DNA from: an uncultured Gammaproteobacteria bacterium
GTDB taxonomy: Bacteria; Pseudomonadota; Gammaproteobacteria; CAWCPV01
Length of the DNA: 64,000 bases
NCBI GenBank assembly: GCA_963797555.1
Contig: CAWCPV010000018.1
Location: 10,509 to 74,508 of the forward strand
Direction of reading: 5' to 3'
In this document: piece by piece, positions 12,200-24,100 of the stretch
How the letters are laid out: each line of letters opens with the position of its first letter
Position numbering within the stretch: position 1 is the first letter of the stretch
Notes under the pieces: generated by a model
The model's database searches: none
What the model saw: the letters and a program-made list of their open reading frames with translations, nothing else
What the model was told of the DNA's origin: nothing
Program-made: the position numbers and the translations under genes

Positions 12200-12590
12200 G
12201 AAGTTGGTGGAGACGCCAAGGTGGTCAATGCCCGCCATGTCAAGCAGGTCCCGGGACACAAGACCGACACCGGTGATGCCCAGTGGCTGGCCATGCTGGC
12301 TTGGGCCGGTTTGTCGCACGGCTCTTTCGCCCCCCGGCCAAACTGCGCGAGTTGCGCCTGATCTCCCGGCAGCGCCAGAAGCTGGTCGGGCTTGCCTCGG
12401 AGAAGAACCGGCTGCACAAGGTGCGAACCTTCGGCGGCATCCGTCTGGGGGTAGTGGTCAGCGATGTTCACGGCCAATCGGCCCGCGCCATGGTGAAGGC
12501 TCTGATTCAGGAGGCCGCTCCCAACGAGGTCCTGCCGTTGGCCAGCCGCCGCCTGAAGGCCGGCCGGGAGGCACTGTTCAACGCCCTGCA
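12200..12590 (+). mobile_element. IS110-family transposase fragment
   Basis: VVNARHVKQVPGHKTD..DAQWLA and RELRL.SR.R...EKNRLHK motifs; frameshifted. Confidence 0.75.
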
Positions 12591-12752
12591 ACCCCCAGCC
12601 ACCCCCTTGGGCACGTGCGGTCGGCCTCGGGCAGTCAAATCCGCCCCGCGGACCTGCGCCGAGCCCCCCGAAGCTCGCCTGGGGTTGACAGGTCCGCGCC
12701 CCAAGACTACCCTTCTCCTCCGAAGTAACTTGGTTGAATTTCTTCCTATCCT
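12590..12752 (+). mobile_element. ISCR/IS91-type oriIS end remnant
   Basis: Ends GGTTGAATTTCTTCCTATCC; homologous to the 8226..8460 copy. Confidence 0.6.
12685..12713 (+). promoter_or_regulatory. Putative sigma70 promoter reading into DUF3309/csbD
   Basis: TTGACA-17 bp-TACCCT, 55 bp upstream of ATG 12768. Confidence 0.5.
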
Positions 12753-12767
12753 ATCGGGAGATAGATC

Positions 12768-12932
12768 ATGTCGCTCGGACTCATACTCATCATCCTCCTC
12801 GTCATCTTCTTGCTTGGTGGCTTCAGTGGCCGTTTCGGCGGCTACGGCTACGGCTACGGTAACGGCGGCATCGGCATCATCGGCATCATCCTGATCATCC
12901 TCGTCGTACTGGTTCTCACGGGTCGGCTTTGA
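12768..12932 (+). CDS. DUF3309-family small membrane protein (54 aa)
   Basis: MSLGLILIILLVIFLLGGFSGRFGGYGYGYGNGGIGIIGIILIILVVLVLTGRL*; below the ORF-track size cutoff. Confidence 0.8.
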   Translation: MSLGLILIILLVIFLLGGFSGRFGGYGYGYGNGGIGIIGIILIILVVLVLTGRL

Positions 12933-13105
12933 TCTGGCAGGCGGAATGTCGAACGCTGCAGCTTGAAGAAGTGTCACCTCGGCGCCAGTGAAGATAGAAC
13001 TTGCCCCCTTCTTCGCGGGACTCGATCAACTGGTTTCAGGCGGGGGCGGAACCGGTACGCGGGGCTCGCGTTAATGTATCCGAGACCAGGAAGGAGGAGT
13101 GATTC

Positions 13106-13306
13106 ATGAACTGGGATCAAATCGAAGGAAACTGGAAGCAGTTCAAAGGCAAGGTTAGGTCGCAGTGGGGCAAGCTGACTGATGACGATGTTGATCTCGT
13201 CAACGGCAAGCGCAGCGAACTGCTCGGTCTTCTTCAGACGCATTACGGCCACGCCAAGGAGCAGGCCGAGCGCGAAATCGATCTGTGGACCAATCAGTTC
13301 AAGTAG
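13106..13306 (+). CDS. csbD: CsbD/YjbJ-family stress protein
   Basis: MNWDQIEGNWKQFKGKV..QWGKLTDDD; strong RBS AGGAGG. Confidence 0.92.
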   Translation: MNWDQIEGNWKQFKGKVRSQWGKLTDDDVDLVNGKRSELLGLLQTHYGHAKEQAEREIDLWTNQFK

Positions 13307-13429
13307 ATAGAGGTAAGGCCGGTCCGCTTGCCTCGCGCGTCATGCCGTAGCCGCGGTGCTCCGTTATGTAGCCATTTTCGGTCCTGGCTGCGAACGCTGC
13401 ATCGCGACGGCCGAGACGGTTCAGACGGA

Positions 13430-13575
13430 AGCGACAATCTCGGCGTTCCGGTCACCATCGAAAAGGTGACCGACTGCGCGGCCATTGCCGGCCAGGGCAT
13501 CGCCTCGACGCCCGGGATCGTCATCGACCGGAAGGTGGTGCGGGCGGGCGGTTGCCGACGTCGGAAGACCTCGCC
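13430..13575 (+). pseudogene. Small thioredoxin-like (redox-active disulfide protein) fragment
   Basis: IEKVTD...IA..GI.STPG.VID.KVV..GG. Confidence 0.5.
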
Positions 13576-13648
13576 CCATGGCTGGCAGCTTAGGATAGTC
13601 TGCAAACCAATGACTCGGAATCCCGGTCATCGAACTGGAGGACAAAAG

Positions 13649-14755
13649 ATGCGCTATGGATTGATCGCGCTGTGGATGCTCCTGTGCTCGGTGACCTCGG
13701 CTGTCGCTCAACTGAGCATCAACTTCGGGCTTCCCGGCGTGAACATCGGGATCGACCTGCCGGTGTACCCACAACTGGAGCGGGTTCCGGGTTACCCCGT
13801 CTACTATGCTCCGGAAGTGGATTCGAACTATTTCTTCTACGACGGCCTGTACTGGGTCTACGAAGGAGACAACTGGTACGCGAGCTCCTGGTACGACGGG
13901 CCGTGGACGATCGTGGACCGGGTGGATGTGCCGCTCTATCTCCTGCGAGTCCCGGTGCGCTACTACCGGCATGCTCCGGTGTACTTCCGCAGTTGGCGCG
14001 CGGATGATCCGCCACGCTGGGGGGAGCACTGGGGCCATTCATGGGAGCAGCGTCGAAGGGGATGGGACCGATGGAACCGCAGTTCCGCTCCGGCGCCCGC
14101 ACCGCTGCCGACCTACCAGCGGCAATACTCGAGGAACCGGTATCCCCAACCGTCGCAGCAGGCTGACATTCAAACCCAGAATTACCGTTACCAGCCGAGA
14201 GATCCCATAGCGCAGCAGCTCTTTCAGCACCAGAGAGCGCACGCCCAGTCTGCGCAGCCACAGCGAGCGGCACCCCAGCAAAAGGCGCAGCAGGCGCCGA
14301 GGCAACCGCAGCCGCAATGGCAGCAGCCGCAGCAGATGGGGCAGCCACAGCAGATCGAACGTCGCCAGAGAGAGCAGGCACCGCCGCAGCAAGTCGAGCG
14401 TCAAAGACCACAACCGCAACAAGCGAAGCAGCCGCAGCAAACGGCAAACCCACTCCAGCAGGCGCCGAGGCAACGGCAGCCGCAATGGCAGCAGCCACAG
14501 CCGCAGCAGATGGGGCAGCCACAGCAGATCGAACGTCGCCAGAGAGAGCAGGCTCAGCCGCAGCAAACGGCAAACCCGCTGCAGCAGGCGCCGAAACAGC
14601 AGCCACGGCAAGTCGAACGGCAGCCTCAGCGAGCTTCAGCCCCGCGTCAGCAGCCGCCGCAGCCGAAAGCGCAGGAAAGGGCACGGCAGGGCAAGGAGCA
14701 AAACAAGGGGAAAGGCCAGGAGAAAGACAACAAGGAGAAAGGCCAGGAGCGCTAG
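13649..14755 (+). CDS. Exported protein with aromatic-rich N-domain and Q/P-rich repetitive tail
   Basis: RBS GGAGG, signal peptide, VPGYPVYYAP...FFYDG.YW domain, internal repeats QPQWQQPQQMGQPQQIERRQREQA. Confidence 0.75.
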   Translation: MRYGLIALWMLLCSVTSAVAQLSINFGLPGVNIGIDLPVYPQLERVPGYPVYYAPEVDSNYFFYDGLYWVYEGDNWYASSWYDGPWTIVDRVDVPLYLLRVPVRYYRHAPVYFRSWRADDPPRWGEHWGHSWEQRRRGWDRWNRSSAPAPAPLPTYQRQYSRNRYPQPSQQADIQTQNYRYQPRDPIAQQLFQHQRAHAQSAQPQRAAPQQKAQQAPRQPQPQWQQPQQMGQPQQIERRQREQAPPQQVERQRPQPQQAKQPQQTANPLQQAPRQRQPQWQQPQPQQMGQPQQIERRQREQAQPQQTANPLQQAPKQQPRQVERQPQRASAPRQQPPQPKAQERARQGKEQNKGKGQEKDNKEKGQER

Positions 14756-14776
14756 CGACAACTCGCGCTGCAAACG

Positions 14777-14806
14777 AAAGCCCCGCGACGCGGGGCTTTT
14801 CATTTC
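14777..14806 (+). terminator. Rho-independent terminator
   Basis: GAAAGCCCCGCG-A-CGCGGGGCTTT hairpin followed by a T-rich tail, 22 bp after the stop. Confidence 0.75.
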
Positions 14807-14988
14807 TCCCTCTCCCTTCGGAGAGGGCCAGACTGCTCCAGTCAAGAGCACAGGGTACATGCACGTTTTCTTCATGAGTTCCATTTTGGCCATGCTCATG
14901 AGAAACACCCAATCCAACTAGAATCCCGGGATTTCGAACAGGCATCGAAATTCAAGAGACATCTGAATTCGGTCCGGAGACTCTATTT

Positions 14989-16432
14989 GGCTCTTTCGGC
15001 AATTGTGTGGGTCGTGGTAGTCAAGTAGCATCTGCTTTCGCTTATCACAACACATCTTGTGGTTGGGGTGGTGGGCGAGAGGCCCTCGCGTGGGGCCGCT
15101 CCGCAGGACTCGTCCACAAATCCACAGGTCGTCATCCAAGGGGGGAGCACCGTGCGGCCCACGCATCTGTTTACCACGGCACTGGGCCTGACGGTGCCTT
15201 GGGAGGTCACCGACGTGCGCTTCGACCCCGAGGCTGGGCGCATCGACCTCGATGTGGCGTTTGCCAAGGGCAGCCGCTTTGCCTGCCCGGCCTGCGGAGT
15301 GCAAGGCCAGCCGGTGCACGACACCCGGGAGCGCAGTTGGCAGCACCTGAGCTTCTTTAAGTCACGGGCGTACCTGCACGCGCATCTGCCGCGAGTGCGC
15401 TGCGAGGCCTGCGGCAAGACGACCCAGGTCGAAGCGCCGTGGGCGCGCGCACACAGTGGCTTCACGGCGCTGATGGAGGCGCTGGTGGTCACGCTGTGCC
15501 AGGCCATGCCGGTGGCGACCGTGGCTCGGCACCTGGGTGTGGGCGATGAGCGCCTGTGGGGGGTGCTCGATCACTACGTAGGCAGTGCCCGCGCTCAGGA
15601 GGACCACTCGCAGGTGAGCGCTGTGGGCCTGGACGAGACCGCTGCCCGGCGTGAACAGCACTACATCAGCCTGTTCCATGACCTCACGGGAAAACGCCTG
15701 CTGTTCGCCTGCGAGGGCCGCGACCAGAGCACCGTGGCGGCCTTCGCCGCCGACCTCAAGGCGCACGGCGGCGACCCGCAGGCCATCGAGCAGGTGTGCA
15801 TCGACATGTCCGCCGCCTACCGCGCCGGGGTGGCCAAGCATCTGCCTCAGGCTACGGTGAGCTTCGATGCCTTCCACGTGATCAAGCTCGCCAACGAGGC
15901 GGTCGACGCGGTGCGCCGCCAGGAGATCAAGACCGAGCCCGCCCTCAGAGGCACCCGCTGGACCTGGCTGGGACCAACTCACCGACTTCCACTGGCTCTC
16001 CCGCGCCCGCCTCAAGACCGCCCGCGCCTGGCGCCTCAAGGAGGCGCTGCGCGATATCTACGCCACGGCCAGCACCCTCGAGCAGGCCGAGAGCGCCCTC
16101 GGGCGCTGGTATAGCTGGGCACGGCGTAGCCGCCTGCAGCCCATGAAACGCCTCGCCACTACCCTGAAAGAGCACTGGAACGGCATCCTCGCCGCGTTCC
16201 ACTCGGGCCTCACCAACGGCCGCGCCGAGGGCATCAACTCCCTCATCCAGGCCGCCAAGGCCCGCGCCCGGGGCTACCGCACCACGCACTCGCTCATCAC
16301 CATCGCCTACCTCATCGCCGGCAATCTCGCCCACCTGCCCGCCTCGCCGCTCAACACACCCGCTGGTGTCAGAGATCAGGCAGATACCCCCGCGCCATAG
16401 GCATTGCTGCCCACACGATTCCGGAAAGAGCC
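14989..16432 (+). mobile_element. ISL3-family IS (transposase broken near 15970)
   Basis: IR GGCTCTTTC...GTGTGGG; 8-bp DR CTCTATTT; zinc finger CPACG/CEACG, GLDET, IDMS, FDAFHV, TNG.AEGINS. Confidence 0.92.
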
Positions 16433-16898
16433 CTCTATTTGTCTCCCGAGGCAGTGCTGATTCTGCCGCCGTCATATGGTACCCGCACTCTGAACGTGGG
16501 CGCTCGTGCAACGCAAGAGCGGAAGATCGGGCGGCCACCAATTGGCGGCGAGAAGGGCCACCCTGGCGCCACGCTGGGGCTGGTGGACAAACCCGACTGC
16601 ACGGTGATCCTGGCGCACGTTGCTGTTCTGATCCACCGGCTGTCCTCGCCCAGCCGGGCTTCCAGTTGCTGCACCCGTCTTTGCCCTGGACCCTATCCCG
16701 AGCCCAGTCGAAGGAGCGCTTAGCGCAAGCCGAGGGACAGGCATTGGTCTCCTGGTTGCCCAGCCTCACCCAAGCCCGAGCGCTAGTGAAGCGGGCCATG
16801 CGCCAGGAAAGACCGGAGCCGATCCGGAGCTGCTGGCGGAGGCGCTGCAGAGCGCTGGCCTCGGCCGGCTGCTGCGCGGGTCAGGGCAGCCTGGCTGC

Positions 16899-18063
16899 TA
16901 GTGTAGTGCTTGGTAATTAACGGAACATATATGATCTATCGCTGTCCAGGGCTATGAAGCCAAGACAGGAGAGCACTGATGCGAGTAGCCCCGATGGTCC
17001 GACTGAGCGCGGAAGAACAGCGGAGCCTGAGGCGTGTGTCGCGTTCGAACACCACGAGTGTGAGGCTGGCCCGCCGAGCGCGCATTGTGCTGTTGGCGGC
17101 GGTGGGCATGGAGAACAAGGCCATCGCGGCGGAACTCAAGATTGGGCGTGTGCAGGTTGGGCGTTGGCGGGAGCGCTATGCGCAAGGCGGGCTGGCGGCC
17201 ATCGAGTGTGACCTGCCGCGCGGAGGTCGTCAGCCCAAGGTGGATGCCGCCGAGATCGTGCGACGCACGACTCAGACCCAGCCCTTAGCAGCGACACAGT
17301 GGAGTACGCGGACCCTGGCTAAGGAAATGGGAGTGAGCGACACCACGGTGCTGCGCGTGTGGCATGCCCATGGGCTGAAGCCGCATCGTGTCGAATCCTT
17401 CAAGGTATCGCGCGACCCGAAATTCACCGAGAAGTTGGAGGACATCGTCGGGCTGTATCTGTCCCCCCCGGAGCATGCTTTGGTGTTGTGCTGCGACGAG
17501 AAGAGTCAGGTTCAGGCGCTGGATCGTACCCAACCTGGCCTGCCGCTGAAGAAGGGGCGGGCTGCGACCATGACCCATGACTACAAGCGCCATGGCACCA
17601 CGACACTGTTTGCTGCCCTGAACACCTTGGAGGGTTCCGTGATTGCCCGCTGCGAGCCGCACCATCGCCACACGGAGTGGCTCACCTTCCTGCGCCAAAT
17701 CGACCGCGAGACGCCCAAGGACAAGGAACTGCACTTGGTCTGCGACAACTACGCCACCCACAAACATCCCAACGTTCAGAAATGGCTGGGAAAACACCCG
17801 CGTTTCCACATCCATTTCACGCCCACCTCAGCATCCTGGTTGAACATGGTCGAGCGATTCTTCCGCGACCTGACTGTGGATCGGTTGCGCCGTGGCGTGT
17901 TTCGAAGCGTCCCCGAGTTGATCCCTGCCATCAACCGCTATGTCGATGCCCACAACGCCAATCCCAAACCCTTCATCTGGACCGCCAAGGCTAAGGACAT
18001 CCTGCAGAAGGTCATCCGCGCCAACGCACGTTTAAGTTCTAAACAGAATGAAGCACTACACTA
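16899..18063 (+). mobile_element. IS630-family IS with intact transposase (16979..18064)
   Basis: IR TAGTGTAGTGCTT; CTAG target; CCDEKSQ, DNYATH, WLNMVERFF. Confidence 0.95.
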
Positions 18064-18125
18064 GAGTCCCTAGAGCGGTTTTCGCTTGCGCTTGTGGCGA
18101 GCGGGGGGAGGCACCAACGGGGCTA

Positions 18126-21100
18126 TTAGCCCACCTCTATCTCGGCCGAGTGCTCCCGGCGATCATCGACGAGCGCAACGACCAAGTCGGACCGCTCAAC
18201 CCCGTCGGCGGTCACGCGCGTCACGCGCCGGCCGCTGCCCGTACGCGTGAATGTGATGTGGTAGACGGTCTCCCGATAGCGATAGTGCAGCTTGAACGAG
18301 TTCCATTCGTCGGGGAGGCAAGGCGCAAAACGCAGCCTGTCCACTTCTAGCCTGAGCCCCAGCAGCGATTCCACGAGCAGCCGGTACATCCAGCCGGCCG
18401 AGCCTGTATACCAGGTCCAGCCGCCCTGCCCGGTATGCGGCGGGACGGCATACACGTCGGCGGCCATGACGTAGGGTTCCACCCGGTAGCGCGCCATTCC
18501 CTTGGGGGTCGAGCCGTGGCTCAACGGGCTGAGCAGGGAAGCCAATTCCCACGCGCGCCGGCTGTCGCCCATCGCCGCAAACGCCATCGCCGCCCATATC
18601 GCGGCGTGGGTGTACTGTCCGCCGTTCTCCCGGACGCCGGGGACATACCCCTTGATGTAGCCGGGCTCCAAGTGCGATTTGTCGAACGGCGGGTCGAAGA
18701 GCTGGACGAGACTCTGGTCCCGGCGCACCAGGCGCCCGTCCACCGCGTCCATCGCCGAGCGCGAGCGCAGCGGGTCGCCCGCGCCCGACAGCACGGACCA
18801 GCTCTGCGGGATCGAGTCGATTTGGCATTCGGGACTGCGTGCCGAGCCGAGCGCCTCTCCGTTATCGAAATAGGCGCGCAGGTACCACTGTCCATCCCAG
18901 GCCGTTTGCTCGATGTTGTAACGCAGCCTCTCGGCCTCGCTGGTGCAAGTTTCAGCGAAGGTCGTATCGCCGCGCCGGTGCCCCAGCTCGGCAAACTGCA
19001 CCAGCACCTGGTAAAGGAAAAACGCGAGCCACACGCTCTCCCCCTCACCCTTGCTCGCCGACCCGGTTCATGCCGTCGTTCCAGTCGCCGCTGCCGATGA
19101 GCGGCAGGCCGTGTCGTCCGAATAATTTCAGACCCCTCTCGATGGCGCGCACGCAGTGTCCATAAAGGGTGCCGTCATCCTTGGACCGGGCGGGCAGGTC
19201 GTAATAGGCATCCTCATCCGGTTTCACCGGGCGGCCCTCGAGGAAGCCCACGCGCTCATCGAGCACACCGGTGTCCCCGCTGTGCATGACATAGCGGCAG
19301 GTCGCGAGCGGCAGCCACAGGTAATCGTCCGAACAGTGGCTGCGCACGCCGCGGCCGGAGGGGGGATGCCACCAATGCTGTACATCGCCCTCCAGGAACT
19401 GATGGGCCGCGCAGCGCAGCAGGTGCTCGCGTATCAGGCCGGGCTCGGCGTGCAGCAGCGCCATCACGTCCTGTAATTGATCGCGGAAGCCGAACGCCCC
19501 GCCCGATTGGTAGTACCCGCTGCGCGCCCACACCCGGCAGGCCAGCGTCTGATACAGCAGCCAGCCGTTGGCCAGGATGTTCACGCCCCTATCGGGCGTC
19601 TCCACGTTTACCGCGCCGAGGGTGCGGTTCCAGTACTCCCAGACCGCCTCCAGCGCGCGCTGTGCCGGACCCGATCCCCGGAAGCGCTGCACCAGGCCGC
19701 GGGCATCGTCGGCGTCGCGGCCACAGCCCAGCGTGAAGATGATCTCGCGCTCCTGCCCGTGGGCCAGCTCGACCTGCACCTGCATCGCGGCACAGGGGTC
19801 CACCGCGGCGCCCACCCTGCCCGAGAGGCGCGCGCGCGTCATGGCGGCGGGGTTTGCGGGCGTGCCGTTGCGTCCGAGGAATTCGGTCCGGTCACCGCTG
19901 ACGCTGCGCAGCGCTTCGTTCACATCGAGGAAGGCGATCGCGCCCGGCGAACTCGGTATTGTAGGGATGGCTGGCGAACAGCGCGCCGCTCGCGAGGTCG
20001 ATCTCGGTGATCACGTGCATCAGTGACTGGGGACGCTGCTCCGCCAAAACCCACTCGAAGTAGCCGGTCACGGAGAGCCGGCGCGCCCGGCCCGAGTCGT
20101 TGCGCACCTTGAGCCGCAGGAACTTCACCGGTGCGTCCGCGGCGACATACACCCACAGCTCCGACGTGATGCCGCTCTCGGTATACTCGAACACGCTGTA
20201 GCCGAACCCGTGCCGGGTCACATAAGGTCTTGCGCCACGAGCGGGCAGCGGCGTGGGGGACCAGAAGCGGCCGCTCTCCTCGTCACGCAGGTACAGGGCC
20301 TCACCGCTCACATCGCTCACCGGGTCGTTATACCATGGGGTGAGGCGAAACTCGTGGGCGTTCTCACTCCAGGTGTAGGCCGCACCGCTCTCGGAAACGA
20401 CCGTCCCGAAGTACGGATTCGCCAGCACGTTCACCCACGGTGCTGGCGTCACTTGGCCCGGGGCGGTGGTGATGACATACTCGCGGCCGTCCTGGGTGAA
20501 CCCTCCCAGCCCATTGAAGAAGATCAGGTCGCGGCGAGGCCGCTCGGCGGAGGTGACGGGCTCGATGCGGCGTAGGCGGGTCGGCGTGAAGCCCGGGACG
20601 CTCGGCCGCACGCGCCCGCGCCGCTCCATCTGTTCAGCGAGCGGACCGGCGTCGTCGGTGAGGATGGCGCGGGCGACCGTTTGCATCAAAATACGGTCTT
20701 CGTCCGACATTTGCTCCGCGCGGCTGACGAAGATACCGCCGGGCCGGTCCACGGCGTAGGCCTCGGTGCCCGCGGCGATGAGGCCCATGATGCGCTCGTG
20801 CAGCAATTGCCGGTAGCCTGAGTGGTCGTCGTTCCAGATCACCAAGTCCACCACCAGACCTTTGATGCGCCAGTAGGCATGGGCCTGTACGAGCTGGCGC
20901 ACCAGATCGATATTGGACTCCTCGGCGATGCGCAACAGCACGATCGGCAGGTCGCCGGAGATGCCGTAGCCCCAGAGGCCGGATTGCCCACGCCGGTTCT
21001 TCCTCAGAATGCCTGGGTCGGCGCGCCGCGAGGGATTGGCGTAGATCAGCGAGCTCGCGAGGTGTCCGTACAACTGTGCGTCGGCCTCGGTTGCGTTGAG

Positions 21101-24100
21101 CTGGCGCAGGACCACCTGGCCGTGAGTCCAGGCGAGGTCAAAAACCCGATCCGCGAGGCGCCGGTCGCGGTATTTCTCGATGAGCGCCAGCGCCGCCTCG
21201 CGCGTCTCCGCCATGCCGGAGACGATGTCGACCGCGACAGTTTCTTCCGGGTCGATCATGACCCGGCGCCGGATCGCGACGATGGGATCGAGCACCGAGC
21301 CCTCGCTGTCGGAGAGCGCGGAGGCACTGCTCATCGCCTGCGGGTCAGCGACGCTTCGGGTGCGGCCGATGAATTTCAGGCGATCGGTCTCAAAAGAGGC
21401 TTCCTCCGGCGCCGTCCCGTGCACTGCCATCAGGTGAAGCATCCAGGGGGTGCGCTCGGAGGCCGAGCGTGGCCGGCGCGTGCACAGGATCGCCTGTTGG
21501 GGGCGCACGATCTCCGTCTGCACGAATAGGCCGCTGAACGCCGGATGTGCCGTGTCTGCCGCGGGGGGTGCCAGCACGACCTCCGCGTAGCTGGTCAATT
21601 CGATGCTGCGCCGCGTCCGCGAGCGGTTGGTGATGCTGATGCGGCGTAGCTCGATGTCATCCTCCGGCGAAACGGCGATCTCCGTGTGCGTGTCCAGGTC
21701 GTGGTCGCGGCGGCGGAACTCCGCCCGCGCCTGCGAGAAGATCGCCTCATAGCGGCCCGATGCCTTGAGCATCGGCTGATATCCGGTGGACCAGACTTCG
21801 CCGCTTGCCATATCGCGCAGGTAGCAGAAGGTGCCCCAGGGGTCGCGGGTGGGGTCTTCGCGCCAGCGGGTGACCGCGATGTCCTTCCAGCGGCTGTAGC
21901 CGCCGCCCACATGGGTGACCATCACGTGGTAGCGGCCGTTGGACAGCAGATGCACCTCCGGGGACGGGGTGTCGGGGTTGCGGAACACCCGTATCAGCGC
22001 CTCCTCTTCGGCGGACCGGCGCGGCCCCGTCACCTCGGCCGCGTGCGGATAGAACGGTGCCGCATTCGGAACTCGCTCCTGGAGCAACAGCTCGGTCGCC
22101 TGGAACAGCGGGTCCGACTCGAACCGTCGCTGCATCGGCCGGTCGAGCAGCAGATGGGCCAGGGACAAGAAGATCATCCCCTGATGGTGGGTCATGAACG
22201 AGCGCACCACCGCGAAAGACTGCCCGCGCGCGAGCCGCGACGGCGTGTAGTCGATGGCCTCGTAAAAGCCGTACCGCCCCTCGAAGCCCTCGGCCGCCAT
22301 GCGCTGCAGGTTCGCACACGCCTCCTCGGGCGCCACCATCAGCGCCATCACCGAGGCGTAGGGCGCGATCACCAGGTCATCGACCAGCCCGCGCTTGAAG
22401 CCCAGGCCGGGTACACCGAACGCGCGATACTGGTAGTTCAGGTGCACGTCGGTGGCGTTATAGCCGGATTCCGAGATCCCCCAGGGCACACCGCGCTGAA
22501 CCCCATACTCGATCTGGCGCTGAACGGCTCCGCGGTAGGTCTGGTCGAGCAGCGTGTTGTCGTACGTGGGCATCACCAGGAGCGGCATCAGGTACTCGAA
22601 CATCGAGCCGCTCCACGAGAGCAGCACCGGTTGTCCCTCGGAGGTGGTAAGCAGGCGCCCCAGCGCGAACCAGTGCTCCTGCTGCAGACGGCCCTGCGCG
22701 ATCGCGACGAAACTGCATAACCGCGCCTCCGACGCCAACAGATCGTAGAAGCTCGCATCGCGCCGGCGCTCACTCAGGTTATAGCCGATGGCGAGCAGAC
22801 GCCGGGAGCGGTCGAACAAGAAATCATAGTCCAGCTCCGCCAGCTCGCCGCACTGCGCCGCCAGCTCTTGGAGAGCGCCTATCCTCGCTCTGGCGCGGGT
22901 GCTTGCCTGGACGATGGTCTGCTGCAGGGCGATGAGCCAATCCGATTGCATGGGCGCATTGGCGTCGGGAGCCTCATGGAGCACCCGCTCGATCAGCGGC
23001 AGCAGATCCAGATCGATCCGCGCCAAGTCGCGCAGCGTCGGGGCCTCGTCGAGCCGGCGCAACGCATCGCGCAGCTCGGCCAAGGGACCTGTCTGCCCGA
23101 CAGGCAGGCCCGCATGTTCCAGGAGCCCGCTGCGCCGGATAGGCTCGGCCGGAGGCGGGGACAACAGCCACGGCGCCAGAAAGCTCAGGTCATCCAGGCA
23201 GTCGCGGCATTGTCGCTCAAACGCCTGCGCCCACCACCTCAGTTCTTCGTCAGCGCTGGCGTCCAGACTCCGGTCGGCACTCGGATCAAGACTGCCGACC
23301 AGCTTCGCCGTTGTCGCCAGTCTCTGTAACAGGATGTAGGTGCCCGTGAGGGTGCGCGGCACGGTCTTGAGCTCGCTGGCGAGCGCCTGCGTGCGCACGC
23401 GCACGCCGCGCGCTGCGTCGCTGCTACGTCCACCTGTTGCACCGTCGTCCGCGCTCGCTACATGGCTGAGAACGTGCAGCGTGTCGGTCAGTCCGTCGAG
23501 CAGCCGCGCCGGGACGGGCGTGCGGTCGGGCAGCTCGAGCAGGCCGGCGCGCAAGGTCAGCAGCAGGCCAGCGAGATTCCCGCTGTCCACGGTCGAGACG
23601 TAGCGCGGGTGCAGCGGCTGCAGCGAGCGCGTGTCATACCAGTTGTAGAGGTGGCCTCGGTAGCGCTCCAAGCCCTGCACCGTCTGCAGCGTCTGGGCAG
23701 TGCGCTCGAGCGACCGTCCCATCGAGAGGTAGCCGAAATCGTACGCCGCCAGATTCCCCAACAGCACGAGCCCGATGTTAGTGGGTGAGGTGCGATGCGC
23801 CACCACGGCAACGGGATGCTCTTGATAATTGTCCGGCGGCAGCCAGTGATCCTCTGGCCCGACAAAGGTCTCGAAGAACCGCCAGGTCTTGCGCGCCAAT
23901 ATCTGCGCGCAGACCACCCGATCGGACGCGAGCCTTACCCTGCGCCGGGTGAGTGGGCGGCTGATCCACCACGCGATGGCGGGGGAGACCAGCCACAACC
24001 CTAGAAAGGGGCTCGCGCTAGGCAGTGCGCCGCGGCCGCCAGTGCGCCAGATAGAGCATCATGGAGCTGCCGAGGACGGGGGCGATCCACATCGACCGGT

